Source of the DNA: Sarea resinae | Lineage: Eukaryota | Reading direction: 5' to 3' | Assembly: GCA_026026165.1 (NCBI GenBank) | Contig: JAPEUD010000092.1 | Location: 1 to 64,000, forward strand | DNA length: 64,000 bases | Shown here: positions 60,464-64,000 of the stretch, piece after piece | Layout: the number at the start of each line of letters is the position of its first letter | Numbering within the stretch: the stretch's first letter is position 1 | Notes under the pieces: generated by a model | The model's input: only the letters and a program-made list of their open reading frames with translations | What the model was told of the DNA's origin: nothing | The model's database searches: none | Position numbers and translations under genes: made by a program

Positions 60464-61193
60464 TCTTCTGTGTCTCTTGCGGTGTAGCTGTCGGCGTTTT
60501 CGTGTGTACCACCACTCCTGCTTGCGTCTGTGATAATCGTAATCATCAGACGCGTTGATGAACTGGGAAATCACTCGTTCAATTTACTTCTTCTTGTTGA
60601 ATAGCTACATTCCTCGTAATAAATGCCGACTTTACTTGCGTGATTGAGATGAATAGAATTATAAGAAGTCTTTCATGATCAGGCTCAGGCTGCGTTGTGA
60701 TCCATCACATTGATACAAGTGCCGATTGATCCCAGTCGACTAGTGATGGTAGCCGAAGCCACAAGCCGGGAGCAGCGATCGATCGATCACTACATAGTAC
60801 TAGAGTAGAGTAGAGCATCTGGCACAGCGGCACTGCGGCACTGCTGAGGGCAAAATATTAATGTCGACCGGAATGGATCTTTATAGCAAGAATGGTTTGA
60901 AGGCACCTACTCGGCGTAGTTGAATGATTAATCTTCGTGTACTCTCGAGGCACTGGAATCATCTCACACCTCATCTACCTTAAGGATTTCGTCACCATGG
61001 ACGCGGAGATAGGCCTAGCGCCGGACCAGCGAGATCAAGCAGCGTCATGGTGATTAATATTACCCTTCGTTGTAGCAATGAATACCTTCAGTCGTAATCT
61101 ACCTTGTGCTATGCAACTGATCCACCAGAATTGATTCAGACAACAACTCATTCACCTTCACCTGCGCAAGACGCCTTCTCCTGCAATATCGAT

Positions 61194-62076
61194 ATGCCTT
61201 TCCAATACAAAAAGGTCCTGGTCATCGGTGCCACGTCCGGCATTGGTGAAGCTCTGGCTAACCGCTTCGTCAAAGAGGGGTCAAGCGTCATAGTGGTAGG
61301 GCGACGGAAAGAAAACCTGGACGCTTTCGTGAAAGATCACGGCAGAGACAAGGCCGAGGCCAGACAGTTTGACCTTAATCATCTCGACCGGATCCCTCAA
61401 TTCGCACAAGAGTAAGTCATCTGTCCTACCCCGAGTGGCCTTCGTTAACCTTTTCAGTATCACGACCGCTCATCCTGATCTGGACTGCGTTTTCATGAAC
61501 TCGGGCATTCAACGAGGACTCGACTTTTCAAAGCCGGAGTCTGTCAACCTTGACGATGTGGGGACCGAATTCCAGACGAATTATATCTCTTACATTCATC
61601 TCTTGAAAGCGTTTCTCCCTTTTCTCCTGAAGAAGAAATCCGAATCGGGAATCATCTTCACTAGTTCTGGATTAGCTTTGGTTCCTTTGATCAGGTGCCC
61701 AAACTACTGCGCGACAAAGGCCGCCCTCCACCAATTAATCCTGGCGCTGAGAGAGCAGCTGAAGGAAAGCAAGATCAAGATCATCGAGATATTCCCACCT
61801 GCGGTGCAAAGTATGTGGTCGCCAAGGTCCTGCTTCGTCTCCTCATGCTAAGTGCTCACAGCCGAACTCCACGACAAAAAGCATCAGCCAGATATCGAGA
61901 ATGGTCGGCAATTCGGCATGCCATTGCAAGAGTTTTTAGACGAGTCCTATGCAGGCCTTGTTAACGGCGACATAGATATTCCAGTGGGATCCTCAAAGGA
62001 TTGGTACAACTCCTTTGAACCGGCACGGCAGGAAAGTTTCCATAATATGAATGCCCGTATAGCTGGCAAGAAGTGA
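61194..62076 (+). CDS. Short-chain dehydrogenase/reductase (DltE-like); 3 exons
   Basis: VLVIGATSGIG; NSGIQ; TSSGLA; catalytic YCATK; EIFPPAVQ-T-ELH. Confidence 0.92.
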
Positions 62077-62374
62077 CTGGAGTTATCCAGCATTCAATGT
62101 TCTATAATGCCAAACACCTCACATTAACATAAGACGAGTTGTCCTGCTCTTGGAGTCGATTCACTGTGTGACGCTTACTATGAATGGGGTTCTCGAGTCC
62201 AGTGGTGAATTGAAAACCCCCAAGCATAAGAGTTTTCGTCTGTCGTGTGCGAGTTTCTTCTCTTTTCCTCGTTGCTCTACATCCCACACTGGAGGAAGCT
62301 AGCACTTCTCCAACATATTTTGCCTCCAGCCCTATTCTTATCCTTCTTCTTGCGCTCTAAATACTGGGTGCCTA

Positions 62375-64000
62375 ATGGAACGCGGTGTACTGAGGACCTA
62401 CTTGTCAGACTCCGGCTCGTTGAAGAGCTTTGAAACCACCTGCACCATGCGAGCCGCCGAGGTTGGAGACGAGGCTGATAACCCTGAAAGAATCCGCCAT
62501 ACTTCTATCATAATACCGGAATTTTATGAATATCAACCGAGTAACTTTCGCCTTGCCCCAGCCCCGTTGCCCCGTCGCCCACCGAAGTCGGTGGCAACTA
62601 GGAAACCTCGTTGCGCATGGTACCCGGAACAAGGAAAAGCGGAGGCCCAACTCGGGCTTCAGCGTCCACCCCCGCTATCTATTGCCCCAATCGCCGTGTC
62701 GGATTTTGATGCTGCATCTACTATGCCTAGGGTTGCTGGTGAGCAAGAGAATGACGATGTGGAAGAAGAACCTTTGAATGGTCGATTTCTGTCCGGGGCT
62801 CATGCTTTTGCGGGACATCTTATTGTGTTCAATGTGTGGTAAGTGCTGGAACACCGTCATTGCCTTCTCTCTCTGACCCACAAGTGACACATGTAGGGGT
62901 TTGAATCTTGTAGGATACTACTACTGTGCTGATAACATACCTTGCTGACCCTGCTAAACTTAGTCGTTTGGGATATTCCAGGCCTACTACAAGGAAACAC
63001 TTCTTCCAGGCACTTCACTAGCTCTGATATCTTGGATTGGATCTGTCCAGGTTTCCACCCTGTTCATTCTAAGCTCGCTTTTTATAAAGATCGTCGAAGC
63101 TAGCAGGCTCCAAAATCTATTTCGATCCGGTTGCCTTCTTTTGGTGGCCGCTGTGGTTGCGACTAGCTTTTGCTCAGAATGGTATCAGCTCTTCTTAATC
63201 CAGGGCATCGTGACAGGCATCGCTATGGGAATAGTGTATAGCTCCTCAAGTGTGGACAGAATGGCGTACTTCTCCAAAACCACGGCATTGGCATCGGCGA
63301 TTGCTGCTACAGGGGCAAGTACGGGGGGAATCATATATCCTCTTGTGATATCTAGACTGCTTCCTAGTGTTGGTTTTCCTTGGACCGTGCGAGTAATCGC
63401 ATTGATCATGGCTGTTATCTTCGTTCCTCCAATGATCATTCACCGCCGGCACCCTGTGGTACAAATCCGAAACGATAGAAAACCGTACCAGGCAATGGAT
63501 TGGACTGTTTTTCGCGATGGCCCATATCTTCTTCTGACCGCAGGTATGCCAACTTGGGACGATGTTCAGCTCTCGCCCCTGGATAAGACTCCCACTGACC
63601 ATCTGGAAGGAATGTTCTTCACCTTTTTGGGACTGTATTTTGGGTTTTACTATGTATACTTCCCCCCCTGAGCTGATTTGAGCGTCCCTACTTCCGTGAA
63701 TAGATTACCTCCTATGGCACGAGTGTCGTCGGCCTCTCTCCGAACAACGCCATCAATCTGCTCGTCATCATGAATGCCGCCAATTTTCCCGGACGAATTC
63801 TCCCTAATTTCGTCTCTAATACCTGCATAGGCCCGGTCAACACCCTTATTCTGGCCACTTTCATATCAGGGATGTTGATGTTCCTCTGGATCTGCGTCCC
63901 AAGCCACTCGTCATTGATGCTTCTTGCCTGCCTTTACGGTTTCGTGGTCGCGGTAATCCAGAGCCTTTACACATTGACTATCCATGGCTTCTGCTCCGAT
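62375..64000 (+). CDS. MFS monocarboxylate-type transporter (Mch-like), 3'-partial; includes a 13-nt micro-exon at 62897-62909
   Basis: FNVW-GLNL-SFGIFQAYY; ISWIGSVQ; WYQLFLIQGIVTGIAMG; GASTGGIIYP; VGFPWTVR; start may instead be the ATG at 62447. Confidence 0.88.

Noticed and set aside
62074..62130. Possible stop-codon readthrough (TGA CTG) of the SDR giving a peroxisomal isoform
   Set aside because: The context is not the TGA CTA motif, and the extension ends in ...NTSH with no PTS1

Overview
Gene-dense eukaryotic DNA from a filamentous ascomycete (Pezizomycotina), judged by short GT-AG introns with CTRAC/CTAAY branch sites and fungal-type orthologues. I can support 25 protein-coding genes, most reconstructed by manual splicing. 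They are wetA, SDH5, an isochorismatase-AlkB-like fusion, SRAP/HMCES, ERV25, MIM2, eIF2-beta, an AIM24-family gene, MED1, GLN1, a small Cys/His protein, an APH-family phosphotransferase, a ~1,510-aa protein with an apparent H2B-H2A histone-fold doublet, a small zinc-motif protein, an 11-knuckle CCHC protein, a peroxisomal dienoyl-CoA isomerase, TFB5, an XRCC2-like gene, SOM1, TAF8, COX9, CPC2/RACK1, an MGR3-like TPR protein, a PY-motif membrane protein and LSB1/PIN3. The window ends with an SDR and a partial MFS transporter, bringing the total to 27. There is one intronic U24 snoRNA and many microsatellites. No tRNA, rRNA, CRISPR array or intact transposase was seen. The strongest leads are: the histone-doublet protein with repeated DL(A/I)DF motifs; an intronless APH gene bracketed by ~150-bp direct repeats; a head-to-head AlkB-like/SRAP pair; a PP1-docking RVxF motif in eIF2-beta; and a recurrent intergenic TACGGAGTA motif. 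All family calls come from motif recognition by eye, and no database search was run.
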